A stretch of DNA of 64,000 nucleotides from Epiperipatus broadwayi (lineage: Eukaryota > Animalia > Onychophora). The stretch covers positions 20,150,001 through 20,214,000 of the forward strand of contig JAQFVV010000004.1 of NCBI GenBank assembly GCA_028023455.1, read 5' to 3'. The notes below the pieces were generated by a model, which searched no databases, was not told the DNA's origin, and saw only the letters and a list, made by a program, of their open reading frames with translations. Positions 42,608 to 55,732 of the stretch are shown piece by piece; position 1 is the first letter of the stretch, and every line of letters begins with the position of its first letter. Both the position numbers and the translations under genes were made by a program.

Positions 42608-43800
42608 TATAATTATAGAGGATTTGAACCCAGACTTTCAAGCTCCCCTCAGTTACACAATTTATTCCATACAACTGATACACATGACCACAAACATGTA
42701 AAAAAATAAATGATTTCCAATGTAAGTATTTCATGCTGAATCAGCACTCATCAGTTGTGCCAGATCATCATCTCCCACACATATATATATACTCAGTGCT
42801 CAGTTTATGACAGCATTTTCTCAAATTCTAATGGACAGACTTCAATCTACTCTATGCTCCAACTCTTCAGCCATCCATACCATTGAAAATCTGATGATGG
42901 AATGGCCAACGCCCTTGATAATGCCAATATTATTGTCTGCTCATGTTGACTTTATCACTCTGATTCTCATAAATAGAATCATGTCCTTTTAAATACACAG
43001 AAGAGAGATGGGCAGGATACAGACCAAATCCACAATATTCAAACACAGGTATACTTTATAACCCTGTAGTTTAGATGTAATTATAGAGGATTTGAACCCA
43101 GACTTTCAAGCTCCCCTTAGCTACCCAATTTATCCCATACAACTGATACACATAACCACACACATGTGAAAAAGATAAATGTGCACTTCATGCTGAACCA
43201 GCACTCATCAGTTGGTCCAGATCATCATCTCCTACATATAAATATAAAACCAGTGCTCAGTTTATATTAATACAGCAAATCCTCAAACCCTAATAAACAG
43301 GCTTCAATTTATTCCACCCACCTATTCTTCAGCCATCCATATTATTAAAAATATGACAGAATGCCCAAATCCCTGGATGGACAAGATCCTATGCATGAGG
43401 GGTCAGAGAGACTTGAAGTCAACATGAGCATGACAATAATATTGGTATCATCAAGGGATTTTGGCATTCCATCATCAGATTTTCAATGGTATGCATAACT
43501 GAAGAGTTCAAGGATGGAGTAGATTGAAGCCTGTCCATTAGGGTTTGAGGATTTTCTCTCTCGATATAATCTGAGCACTGATTATATATATGTGTGGGAG
43601 ATGATGATCTGGATTATCTTATAAATGCTTGTTCAGCATGAAATAGATATATTGGAGATCATTTATCTTTTTGACATGTGTGTGATTATGTGTATCAGCT
43701 GTATGGGATAGATTGGGTAGCTGAGAGGAGCTTGAAAGTTTGGGTTCAAATCTCTCTAATTACATCTAAACTTTAGGGATGTAAAGTATACCTATATGTA
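42608..43800. mobile_element. Family A array (two minus-sense units, period 468, plus an inverted unit)
   Basis: taattatagaggatttgaacccagac at 42610 and 43078; reverse unit ~43395-43800; hammerhead homologues at 42710-42768 (-), ~43180-43225 (-, deleted) and 43604-43662 (+, core mutated). Confidence 0.85.
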
Positions 43801-44281
43801 TTTATATATATAAAAGATAGATAGATAATAAAAGTTAATATTTTTTTCAATAGGAGTAGAAAGTTACTTTTTTTTAATTTATTGTAAGTGGACAATTTTT
43901 AGGAGATAAATAATGAGAGCCTATCTCTTGCATTTATTTCTTCTTATTTCTTATATTTAGCTCATTTTTTATTATCATATCTACATTAGTATTTTAGTTA
44001 GTTAATGGAGGTTAATATATTTAAAATCAGGCAAATATCCACACTATTTTATAATTTTTTTTATCAGGTGTTAATAAAATATATTTAAAACTTATTTTAT
44101 CACATGAGAATATATTTAAAATGGAATGGTAAAAGTAATTTAGTAGTAATTAATTCTCTTGCTGTACCCACGATATTTTATAATTTACTTTTTCAAATGT
44201 TAAATATATTTAAACTGACATCCTTAAAAGTTTAACAATTTTATAGTAAAAATTTATCAAATTCAGTAGTATTTTTGGGGG

Positions 44282-45434
44282 GTACTTGAGTATTAAAGCT
44301 GCAACACAGAGCATGAATTAGATCTACTGTGTCTGTTCTTATTCGTATCAATCTGCTGATAACTGAATCTTGAAGTTATCTGGAGGTTGATATGAATGTC
44401 AACAGACACACTAGGTCTAACACATGCTCCATGTTGCAGGACTAAAAAGAAGTAAAAGTAAAAAAATAGTAAAACTTACAATATTAACAAACAACTTTTA
44501 AGAACAACATTTAAAATAAAATTTCAACATTAACAAGTTTCCAAAAAAAAAAAAATGTGACTCACAAATATGTACGAATTTCAATATTAACAAAAAAAAA
44601 AATATGACTTTAAAAAAATGCGACTTTAAAAAACTAATAACCTTTAAGAATGAGATTTAAAATAAAAAATAAAATTCGATATTATAATAATGACACCATT
44701 AATCAAAAAAATAGTTAGTTTAAATATACACCAAACAAACAGTAAATGATTTTGATTTTTAAGTAATTTGGTAAAAATATATTAACTATATTCCTATGAC
44801 ACTTACCATGTAATATATAACAGGAATTTACATGTTAAAACCAAATTTTTTATAGAAACTATTACCACAAAAAATGGAAATCTGCAGTAAAAAAATTCGC
44901 TCCAAAAACCACATGATTGCAAAGTATGCTGGAATTTTCACAAGCTTCTAATAAACATTGTTTTTTTTTAAATAAAGAAATTAAACCAAAATTATAAAAA
45001 AAAAATACATATTAATTATTACACTTTTATTACATTTTTATAGAAAACATTTGTCTGTTTCCCTACATAAGCCACCCAATATCCACATCTCCTTGTGAAT
45101 GCCGATTTTAGGGTTGCAACCTCAGACATTAATGAAAAATACAATAAATAACTGAAAATGTCAAAGTATTACAAAAAAAAAATGTTGTTGATTAAAAAAA
45201 AACACAAACATTTTCACAATGAAAAATATGACAAATAACTGAAAATGTTGAAGTATTACAAAAAAAAAAAAGATTGTGTTGAAAAAAAAAATCTTGTTGA
45301 TAAAAAAAAACATGCTTTCACATATACTTGCAGGGATTATTTTCTTTCAATTTGACATCATCATGACATTACACATTTATTGTGGGTGAAAATACCTCCT
45401 ATCTCCTTTATGCTGCAGCTTTAGTATTCAAGTA
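44282..45434. mobile_element. Non-autonomous TIR element with internal A-rich minisatellites
   Basis: TIR gtacttgagtattaaagctgcaac / gctgcagctttagtattcaagtat; internal aatattaacaa-type repeats and a duplicated block at 45135-45310. Confidence 0.65.
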
Positions 45435-45675
45435 TCTTTTTTTGCTGTATCCATCCTATTTAAAATTTTACTTTAAAACATGTTAAATATATATTTAAGC
45501 TAATCCTAAAATTTTATCAAACTCATTATTATAACTTGCATAATTGCAATTATTCAAATGAGAAAGTAAATATATGGTACAAACACAATTTAATTAATTA
45601 AAAATATATTCACCTTGCTTTACCAAACCTATACTTTTTGTTTACAAAAATTTCTAACTCTGTAATCTTTTAAAG

Positions 45676-46204
45676 CAGTGTTCTTCAACCCTTGGTCTGC
45701 GGCCCAGTGCTGGGCCGTGGATCTTTTCTGCAGGTCCACGTGTTAGACGGGCAGTAAAAAGTTTGTAATAATAAATAATAAGAGTTTAAACTTTTAATTA
45801 ATATAGCCAATTTTTATTTATTTTTTCATCTCATTTTTACCCAATTAAAAAAAAAGAAAACAGAACGAAAACAAAATCTAATCAATCATTCATAAATTAA
45901 TTTGTTTTTCTAGTTATCACAGATGTTTATGGGGGGGGGGGGTATAATTAAATTTTTTATTACTTTTCTAAAAAAATTTTAAAAAAAGTTTTTTATTATA
46001 TAAACTCCATATATATATATAAAACTTTATCTTATATATTTAACATTGTTGTTTTGATCAGTTATAACAATTATGCTTATCTTTAAGAAAATTTATCTAT
46101 AGACTTCTGCCGGTCTGCAAAATCTTATCCTTATTTTTGTTGGTCCGTGGAACCTTATTCTTATTTTTACCGGTCCGCAGGTGTGAAAAGGTTGAAGATC
46201 ACTG
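45676..46204. mobile_element. hAT (Charlie-like) MITE, 529 bp
   Basis: TIR cagtgttcttcaacc / ggttgaagatcactg; perfect 8 bp TSD ttttaaag (45668-45675, 46205-46212); subterminal ggtcc(g/a)(c/t)gg repeats. Confidence 0.92.
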
Positions 46205-47438
46205 TTTTAAAGAGTGTTGCCCTCATTATTTTTTTTTACATGTCATACAAAAACAGTTAGTGAATAGATTTTCCATGCATTTTTATATTGCAAATTACAA
46301 AATTGTTTAAAACAATTAAAGTAAAAATTTTTATGCTAGCGAAATTCTATACAAAAAAAGAAAGAAAATCATGCAAAGACTGATGTAATATTTGTTGAGA
46401 TATAAAGTCACAAACAAACAAACTTTCACATTTATATAATAATATAGATACCTAGAATTCTTTTAAACATTTTGTTACTAGTTTTAATTGTTTTTTTAAA
46501 TCAACATTAATGCCGATTTTAACGCTTACAATATACAGATCAACCAGAATATTTTTGGGGAAAATATATACACTACAATAGTTTCTCATTAGAATAGAAA
46601 GGTGAACTAAATTGATATTTTACATAGTAAAGATAGTGCCATTCTATAATTTGTTATGTGGTTCTGAGAAAAAGTGTTCATTCTATTAAATACACTTTAG
46701 AAGTTGTTGTTGTAGCAAGCCTAAGTAATTACATCAACATACTCGCATTATAATTTATTTTTTTTTACCAATTTTTCAGAATAGGTGTAAATAGTTTATA
46801 TTAAACTTTTTTACTATTATGTACTATAGTCTACTATGAAGTTATAAAATATAACCCTGCACATCATTTGATCAAATCAAATTTATTTTAGAATATAAAA
46901 TTAATATATATACATATGAGTTTAGTAATTAAAAAAAATCAATTCTTAAAGCACAAATTCATCCATACATATCACTTGCTATTTTTAAGTTTATTTTCTG
47001 ACATTTAATTTTTTCCCGAAGCAGATAATTTTATTTGAAATATTTCAATATTTTACTAGTTATAATTTTTCTTTACATTTTATCCTCAACTATATCTTCT
47101 TAGTAAAAACAATCAATATTCATTCTTTAAAATCTATGAGATAATCTTTGTAAAGCAAATTGGATCTCTTTTCGCTATAAAAAATCACAATCAAGTTCAT
47201 TATAAAATTGGCAGGGGGGGGATCTATTGTTGCTCATTCGTATTCTATGAGCAATTCAATAAAAATGCAGTTTTACAACAATAGAATTTGTAGTAGCAAA
47301 TTCGTACATTATAAAACATAATTAGTCTCATGATTTTGTTATCCAATATTTGTGGATAACTTGTATATATATATATTAGAATTTTGAAATTATAAAAATT
47401 AAATAATATTTTTTCTTATAAGCACATAAATAACTTAC

Positions 47439-47696
47439 CTCCATCTGTACTCGTTCATTATAGCGCCTTTTCCAGTCTGCCACGGTCTTGTTTTCAATAG
47501 TAATCACATTATTATCATCAAAATAAGAATATACAAGACTCAGATGACCATCAATTGCTTGTATCATTTCTAATGTAGTGCATGGAACATTTTCTTTAGC
47601 AGAGTGATTGTTACTATTATAGTAATCTGTATCAAACCACTTAGGGACATACCAGTGAGGTAGAAACCAAACATAGCCTTCTCTAGCAGTCATACC
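47439..47696 (-). CDS. Internal exon (86 codons, phase 0/0) of a GABA-B-like class C receptor, Venus-flytrap/ANF-receptor ligand-binding domain
   Basis: tttttcag acceptor at 47697-47700 and GTAAGT donor below 47439; translates GMTAREGYVWFLPHWYVPKWFDTDYYN...CTTLEMIQAIDGHLSL...TVADWKRRYNERVQME; the GYVWFLP and downstream W motifs match GABA-B-type ligand-binding domains. Confidence 0.88.
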
Positions 47697-48369
47697 CTGA
47701 AAAACACAAATAAAAATCCTAAAATAGCTCAAAACATCAGAAATCAAAATTGAATTTAAATACATCATTTATATAATTTGGGAAAGTTGTCATGATTTTA
47801 TTGAAAGAAACGCTTCTTGTTTAGTTCGTTTATATATTTTTTCGCTCTATTCTTTTCATTTACTTGTAATTATAAGTTAAAAATTTTTATTTAAAAAGTA
47901 AGCTACAAATTATAATTCAGGAATACATTTTAATTGACTTTTGTTTGTTTGAGTTTGATTCTAGATAATTTATTGAACATCATTTTCAGTTGATCATCTC
48001 TCTAATGCAGTTCCAGCACACTTTATCAAAAGAATTATTTGTTAAATGCCATGCCTTTAAAATTTACTACTTTTTAAAATTTCATAACTGATTTCTAAAT
48101 ATGGATGCTAAAATAAACTATTAACTAAATAACCTTTCACCAATGTTAAGTGTATCAGACTTGTACATGAAATTATTATCCTATTTATTAAACATAGTTT
48201 GTAAAAGAAAAAAAAAACATACTTTAAATATATATCATAGTTTAACATATATATATATATATCATAAGTGAAATATTTTCCTTTGAACTTTAGCAATTAT
48301 TTGCAAAGTATTGAATTTTGATTATTAGTATTTTACTAGATAACATAATCACCATTTCTTATGCTCGCT

Positions 48370-48575
48370 CAAGCTGTTAAAACTGGCAGAACTATAGTAG
48401 TGCCACTTTGCGCAAGCCAGAATAATCACTGCTCAGATCCAAGGTTCCTCACTGATGAAATCCACAACTAGAAACTAATCTTGGAATACTGGATGAGTAT
48501 GCACTAGATAGGAATTTTATGCACAAACCTTCTTGCATCCATTGATTACTCTGGCTTGCACTGAGTGACATTACT
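48370..48575. mobile_element. Short inverted family B copy with a decayed hammerhead (48437-48494, +)
   Basis: Left arm tgccactttgcgcaagccagaataatca and right arm tgattactctggcttgcactgagtgaca; ctgatga...gaaactaatc core homologous to 56558-56615. Confidence 0.75.
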
Positions 48576-48576
48576 G

Positions 48577-49015
48577 TATGGAAAGTGAAAGATGTGGATG
48601 GAGAGTGAATGGTAAGAATAAGTTGGAAGCATATAAATTACACGTTGAGGAAACCATGGGAGAGTTGGTTGGGGATGAGTATAATAAAAAATGAGAATTA
48701 GTAAAAGTGTAAAAGAGAGGAAAGAAGCATGCAGAGAATATAAGTGTGCTATTAAGAACAAAGAAAGTGGAAAAGATATTAATGCTAAATGAGAAAAGTA
48801 TTTAGAAAAGAAGTTGGCTAAAATAGATAATTATAGAGAGAGAATGAAATTGAATAGTAAATTGTTGGAGGATATTAATAAAAGTGGAAGAGATGGGAGT
48901 AAAAAATTTTGGAATTACATTAAAAGGAGAAATGTAGAGGACAGAGAGATAGTATTACTAGATGATGATGGAATAGGGTGTAGCTCTAGAGAAGACTTAG
49001 AGAGAATAGTCTAAA
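48577..49015 (+). mobile_element. LINE fragment (linker between EN and RT)
   Basis: SKKFWNYIKR motif in ORF 48814-49014. Confidence 0.55.
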
Positions 49016-50699
49016 ATTAAAAAAAAAAAAAATCTACAATTTTAAGCACAACTCAGTTTGCTTGTATAGTTCTTTAAATCTAATGCCAGGTAAGCAATTA
49101 TATATTTTAGTGAGTTTGATCCTAATTATAGGTCTCTCTAAAAATAATAAAAAGTCATATAACTTTTTCTGCTTACTCTTAGCATATATTTTCAAAAGCA
49201 ATTCTTTACACTTTATTCTAGACCCATCTATTGTAAGCTTGAATAATCAGTGGATATTAGATAGTAGTGTTATTACATCCATATCATCAAACTACTTTCT
49301 AGTTTACAGTCTTTTTAGTGACAAATTTTGGATTTAAAGTTGGAACTGATTCATTCACACATTTGCAGTCACCTTTATCTATCACTCTTTAAGTCTAAAG
49401 TCCTTATGATGAAGGCCATAGATAGAAATTAATCTGGGATGTGCATATATTAGCACTATTACCAACTCTCCATTGATTATTCAATAGATAATTCTAGAGT
49501 GAAGTAAATAGAACTACTTTTGAAAGCTTATATTAAAAGAAAGCATAATGTTTTGTTGATTAAAAAAAAAATCCTATCTAAAATGTAAAATGGATCTACA
49601 GTTAGAATAAAACAAGACTACTAAAATATATAGCTGATGACCAATATCAAATTTACAGAGTTCATATTCAAAACACTAGTTTTTTCCCTTATTATTTCAG
49701 ATTGTTACATCGAATGATGTAAAGAAATTGAAAATACCTACTTAATTTGTAAATGTATTAATTTTATATCCAAATTTCTCACTGATAAAGATCATAACCC
49801 AGAAATTAATTTGGGAGAGTTATCCATTGATTACTCAAATGTATATTAGATGGTGTTAAGAGTAGAATGAAAAAAACTACTCTTGAAGCAGTTTTTACTT
49901 ATGAGATGATTTATTTGATCTTTTTTTCATAAATAAAAAGAGAAAAAAGAAAAGCAAGCACTATGATATCAACAGAGTGTCCTAATTGAAACAATGCCTG
50001 TAAACAATTATCTTTACAAAAATTAAGTTTAATTAAAATGTTTACTTTTAATTAAAGGTGGAAAAAGCAAGTACAAAGAAATCACTTGAATACATGGTGA
50101 AAGGTTACAGTATTATTTTTTCTACATCAGGATTTCTTAATGATGTATATGCATATTTTAATTTCTTACACTTTATCTAAGACAATTTTATTTTTTGTAT
50201 TCAAAGCAGCATTATTATTAATACTAAAGCTTAAATCATAATCAAACTGCATAATTTATAACAGTGTTCAATTTTTTAATACTAATCAGATCAAGGCTTG
50301 AAAGTAGCTTAATTGGAAGTTCCCCCCCCCCCACTTAATGGTTATTTAATTAATGTTGTTTTAAAAGTATATAGAGTAATAACCTTTTTTAAAAATTTGA
50401 TAATAATTAAATAGTTCATTGCTGTGGAATCATATGATATTTGTGCACCAGAAATGACAGATTGATTTTCAATTCAGTAAACTTCTGTTCTAAATTACCA
50501 CTATGTTAAACAACATAGAATAAAAACAGTCAAATGGTTAATAACTTATAATAGTCAAATACCAGCTCTCTAATCAATCACCATAGTGGTAAGCAATAAT
50601 TTAAAAAATTATTTAAAAAAATTTTAAACTGCATATATCTTCTTTTGTTTCTGAATTAATGAACTCAATCTCCTGTCCTATAATACCCGTAAACCAATA

Positions 50700-51180
50700 T
50701 GACTACAGATTCATCTGAATGATAATAAAAATATGCAAATAATATTAAATTATGCTTTATAAATTCAGCAAATATTTCTGATATAATCCAGTTGAAAATC
50801 ATCTATTATATCATGAAAGATTATATGAAAAAAACTAATCAATAAAAGTAAATGATGACATTTATATTTCAATATTAAAAGAGTTATCGATAAAAAAAAA
50901 GATTAAAGATAAATGCTAAAAAAAACTAAAGTTATATTCAATGGATTTTCTTAAAAGAAAATGAAAATTGATAGTGATAAGTTAGAAGAAGTTAACAACT
51001 ACAAATAAATACCTTGGTCAAATTATTACTACAGATGAAAACATGGTGGATGAAATTAATCATATAAACTTGGTTGGAGTGCTTTTGATAAAAATAACTG
51101 AATATTAAAAGAAAATATACCTAATTTAATAAATGTGTTTTACCAATTCTTATTTATATATCTGAGATCTGGATACTATC
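50700..51180 (+). mobile_element. RTE LINE RT/thumb remnant
   Basis: KTKVIFNG, LEEVNNY, YLGQIITTDE..DEI, NKCVLPILIYISEIW. Confidence 0.78.
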
Positions 51181-51248
51181 TGGGGATGAATGTGGTAGAT
51201 CCACAATTACTCAAGTGCCAGATTATAAAGAGAGAAGATTGCTCTTAT

Positions 51249-51337
51249 ATGTCATAGCATCGGCCAGGACGCGAACCCACAACCGTCTGCAACCAACTAC
51301 TTGCTTGCATGGCGGCTGCGATACCTCTCGGCTAACA
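51249..51337 (-). mobile_element. tRNA-derived SINE, TGC-loop subfamily, 11 bp TSD
   Basis: Nearly identical to the 3046 copy; TSD attgctcttat at 51238-51248 and 51338-51348. Confidence 0.85.
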
Positions 51338-52052
51338 ATTGCTCTTATTTAGCATTTGGAATAACAAAAAACAAAAAAACATGTAGAATATAAGTATTAG
51401 ATTCAATAGGTTTATTTGTTTGTTTGTTTTCCATTTGAAGCTATAGAAATCGATTCAAGAATCTAGAAAATTATTATTTTTTATTATTAATACATGTATG
51501 TTTTCAATAAGTTTTTACAAATCTTAATTAAGAAATTCATATAACAATGTGATGGAAGGTTCACTATTTTATCTTTTCACAACGAATAAGCTCAAAAAAA
51601 AAAAAAAAGGTTATTATTTATGTACAGTTAATATGATGCATTTTTTATAACCACAGAAAGACATTATCATCTTTAAATATTTTTTTTTATAAAAAGAGTG
51701 AATAATTTACAGATTAAAAGTTGACAAAGTGAATGAAATGAAGCTGTTTCCTAGCATTGTAAGATATAATGCAATACATTATCATGTAGAAGTTAGGTTA
51801 GGTGGAAGTATACAATATCAAATAAAATCAACAAATTATAAAGATTAAGGGAAACGGCATTGCCTAAATTATTTTAGATACATTTTGTATATATTTTATC
51901 TAGAAATTTTTTTTTTTGATTGTAGAAGATTAATCACGAGATAAAAATTAAAACAAAAATATTTCTAATTATGCCACAGTCTGAATTTAAAAAGTTAGAA
52001 ATCACAGAATTTGTCAAACTGTGCACATAGCAATAAAACAAATAAAGTTGTT

Positions 52053-52160
52053 GTCAAGCATTGGTGGTCGAGAGGTCAGCGACAGCTGCTTTACAAGCAG
52101 TTGTCCTGAGTTAGCGGGTTCGCTTCCCGGCTGATGCTATGTCACATGAGAAAAAAAACT
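52053..52160 (+). mobile_element. tRNA-derived SINE, TAC-loop subfamily, 10 bp TSD
   Basis: Cloverleaf-like: agcattgg/ctgatgct stem, gacagctgc-tttacaa-gcagttgtc arm, cggg-ttcgctt-cccg; TSD taaagttgtt at 52043-52052 and 52163-52172. Confidence 0.85.
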
Positions 52161-53624
52161 ATTAAAGTTGTTTTTAATTTATAAAAGAATGAATCCTAAA
52201 AAAATATCAAAGCTTTATTAGCAATTAGAATATTTAAAAATCAAATAAAAAAAACAAATACAGCCACCGTTTTGTTAAAAAAGTGATTCACATTTGAATA
52301 TATAAATGATAGTGGGAAAATTATGGGGTAAAAATCAAAGTGTTTTTTTTTTTTAAAATTTCGGATATAGGAAGGAAAATATAAATCTAAACTTTTTTAA
52401 AAAAAATACATATATGTATAGGTACTATAGTTTTTATTTTTAAAACAAAATTTTAGCATCTGTTCTTATTTAATCTATATTCTTATTTATACTTTTAAAT
52501 AATACGCTTAATAAAATAAAATATTGCATCCATTGCATAACTGTATAATTGTCAATATATAAATATCACAATATTATTCCCATAGGGATCATCTGTTCCT
52601 CTTTTATCATGATCATGAAGACATTTTTTTTGGAACCAATAAATAATAATGAACGAAAACCGTCAATATTACTAGGAACAGATTAGAGGGATTAATTACA
52701 TTTTGATATAGATAATTATAAATGCAGAAAAGTAAGACGTTATACAGAAAGAAAGGTAGAAAGAAATAAAGTGATAGATCTTACGTTCTAGATAAATCAT
52801 TAAATAATATTCAATTTGTAATTTATTCCAAATAAGTTAATCTTCAAATCAGTAACCGAAAGTTTGTTTTTATAATTATTTACAAAAGCAATTGCTAACA
52901 CCTATCTTATAATTATAACAATACTTTTTTTTACGTCTTAATTTGTTTATAAATCAAATGTAAACAACTTAAATGGAAAACAGAATGCCCCCCCCCCCCG
53001 CACAGTATTTAAGATATATTCGTCCCAGCAGTGTCATTTGTATGTATGAAATACTTTGTCTTTTTTGCCGTTTGAAGGTTTTTTCTATTTTTAAATGATA
53101 TAATAAATAAACTCAACAAATGTTTCTTGACACTTCTGATGAAAACGAAAGTCTCCAAGGACAAATAGTATTTTTTTAACATTATAAATTACTGTAATTT
53201 TTAGCAGAAATAAAACTTCTAAAAAAATAGCCTATGTATAGTACTTTGCGTGGACACAATCGTATATATAAATTTCTAATTAACAGTAGTTTTAATTGTT
53301 AAAAATAAATCACTTTTATTTTATATACAAAATAAAAATCTATCAATATGTGGCATAAAAACACACATTAATATTAAAAGTAAATTTAAATGAGGCATTT
53401 TTTTTTTCAGGATGGACTTTGGATAAGTTCGTTGTCCACAGGCACAGGGATTAAACACACTACTATTACGTATTACCCTTAATTATCATCGATTGTAGTT
53501 TTTCCATTGTTTGCCATCTTATTTTAATATTTAGGGTTGCATTATAAACTTTAAGCATTGTATGAATTGTTACAGTAAGAGATATTAAGAAGTTGTAAAT
53601 TATTCCCAATAATAATAATTAAAT

Positions 53625-53731
53625 GTCAAGCGTTAGTGGTTGAGAGGTCAGCACAGCTAGCGACCTTACAAGTAGTTGTCCGGGTTAGCGGGTTCGCTTC
53701 CCGGCCGATGCTATAACACATGAAAAAAAAA
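53625..53731 (+). mobile_element. tRNA-derived SINE, TAC-loop subfamily
   Basis: Homologous to 52053-52160; A tail; ttaaatgt on both flanks. Confidence 0.82.
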
Positions 53732-54866
53732 TTTAAATGTTTTTGACTGTTTGTTTGCAATTCTGTTGCCTTGTTTACAATATCTGATGGTAGGGTTTTA
53801 AAATTCATTGACTCAATAACTTTTTCTTATTTATTTTCAAATTTTTCAGACCTTTTTCTATAATTTCTATCATTACATCTCACATATATGTAAGCTTGTT
53901 AGTTTTTATTGTGCCATTACTAAGCATTAACATTTTATACTCTTTGTATTTTTAATTATTCATAAATTTAATTTTAAACTTCCTACCATCTTATGAATAA
54001 TTTTTTTCAATAATTTGCAAATAAATTCCAAATTCATTTTCTGCTTTCTTATAATTAATTTGCTATTAAGCTAATTATTTATTAAATTTAACATAAGATC
54101 ATTTGATCGGGATGTGATATAATATTAAGAGTTCAAGTGGTAGACTGAACACAACAGTTACTTTCCATTAGCCAAGCTGAGTTTTTCTCAATTGGAAATC
54201 CAATCTAGGAATTCTTTAGCTTTTGAGATCACTGCTCTTTTATTTAGCTAAATAGTTGGCATTAAGTTTAATATCAACTATTGATTATACTTTAGCATAG
54301 ATACATAAATGTTGTTAAAATATTGCATAACTTTATAAAAATATAAAGTTTTGCCCATCAAGTCTACATTTAACTTGGTTCATTAGAAACAATTTTACAT
54401 TAACGCTGTTTTAGTATAATATATTTGGAAATAAACATCAACACACACTCATCCTAAGCAAAGATTTTAAAAAACAAGTGCATTCACTTATCCTTCAAAC
54501 ATATCTATATATAAGACAAACTTTGCCTTCTGTGCACTATTCAGGGCTTGCGTCTATTACATGCTTGATTTATTAGACAATGTTCAAATTGTACAAAAAT
54601 AATTCAAATACATGGTAGGAAAGATTCGTTTATATAGAGATAAGCTTGAAAGACAAGTGAATTTACTTGTTCTTTAAAATCTTTGCTTATGGGTGAGTGC
54701 AAGTGCATGTCACTTTATATTAAAACAGCATATGTGTAAACATTGATTTGCTACTGAATATGTTATAATAAATACGGTGTTGGAAAAAAAAAAATTTACC
54801 AATGTATTTAGATTTTAAATTATTACACATTGGTTACAAGTGATTAGAGATGAGATAAATTCTTTT

Positions 54867-55551
54867 AGTACTTGTGAGTTTTCAATTTTAAATTAAGACG
54901 GCATGCTGTATTTTTGATAAATCTACAGCTTCTGGAGCACCCCAAAAAATGCCTGCTAGGAAACATCATATTTAATACTTACATTTTTTTTACTGGTATT
55001 TTAAAAAAAGAAACCATTGTGGAAAAATTTATTACAATATTTACAGTTTATTTTCTTTTTTTTTTTTTGAATTAACTTATTAACAGAAAAATGGAAAAAA
55101 TATGAAAATAATATTTACACTTTATTCGTGTCGGCAGCATGCAATCATGTCATAACCATTAATGCACTTTTTCAGGAGAGCAGGTTTGCATACCTTTAGA
55201 AATAATCCACTGCACCAAGTTCTGTGACAGAAGATCCCAAATTTTTATCATTGTGATAATTTACCAAAAAAACTGCTGACCAAAAGAAACACACTGAATT
55301 GAACTAAAGTATGACAATGTTAAGAGTGTCTTATCACTTCCCACATCATAATATAAGTATAAAAAAAGAAATAAAGTTTCTTGGTGAAATTTATTGGAAT
55401 TTATTCCTTTTTTTTTCAATTTAACAATTGATTTATTAATTTTATTTTAATTTAAAAACTAATACAACTTCAATAGATGATAGGCTTTCAAAACTAAATT
55501 TATCAAAAATACATGCTGCCATCTTGGTTTACTTAAAACCTCACAAGTACC
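54867..55551 (-). mobile_element. Non-autonomous TIR element, family D copy 2
   Basis: Ends agtacttgtgag / ctcacaagtacc; interior is the reverse complement of 18708-19384. Confidence 0.78.
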
Positions 55552-55732
55552 ATTTTTTACTCAACAATATTTCAATTATGTTTGTACAATTTGAGCATCA
55601 TTTAATATATTTAAGGGATAATTTTGTTATTAACACAGGCAAAACTTTATACGTATTGCCACTCACTGCAAGCCAGAGTAATCAATTGAGGCCAGAAGGC
55701 TTGTGCATAAAATCCCCATATAGTGCCTACTC

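Larger units (their letters stand above)
3384..47438 (-). other. ~44 kb GT-AG intron between the two exons
   Basis: Compatible phases, contiguous domain sequence, no intervening exon recognised. Confidence 0.7.

Noticed and set aside
53134-53160. CTGATGA AAAC GAAA GTC hammerhead-like string
   Set aside because: No stem II and no stem I pairing
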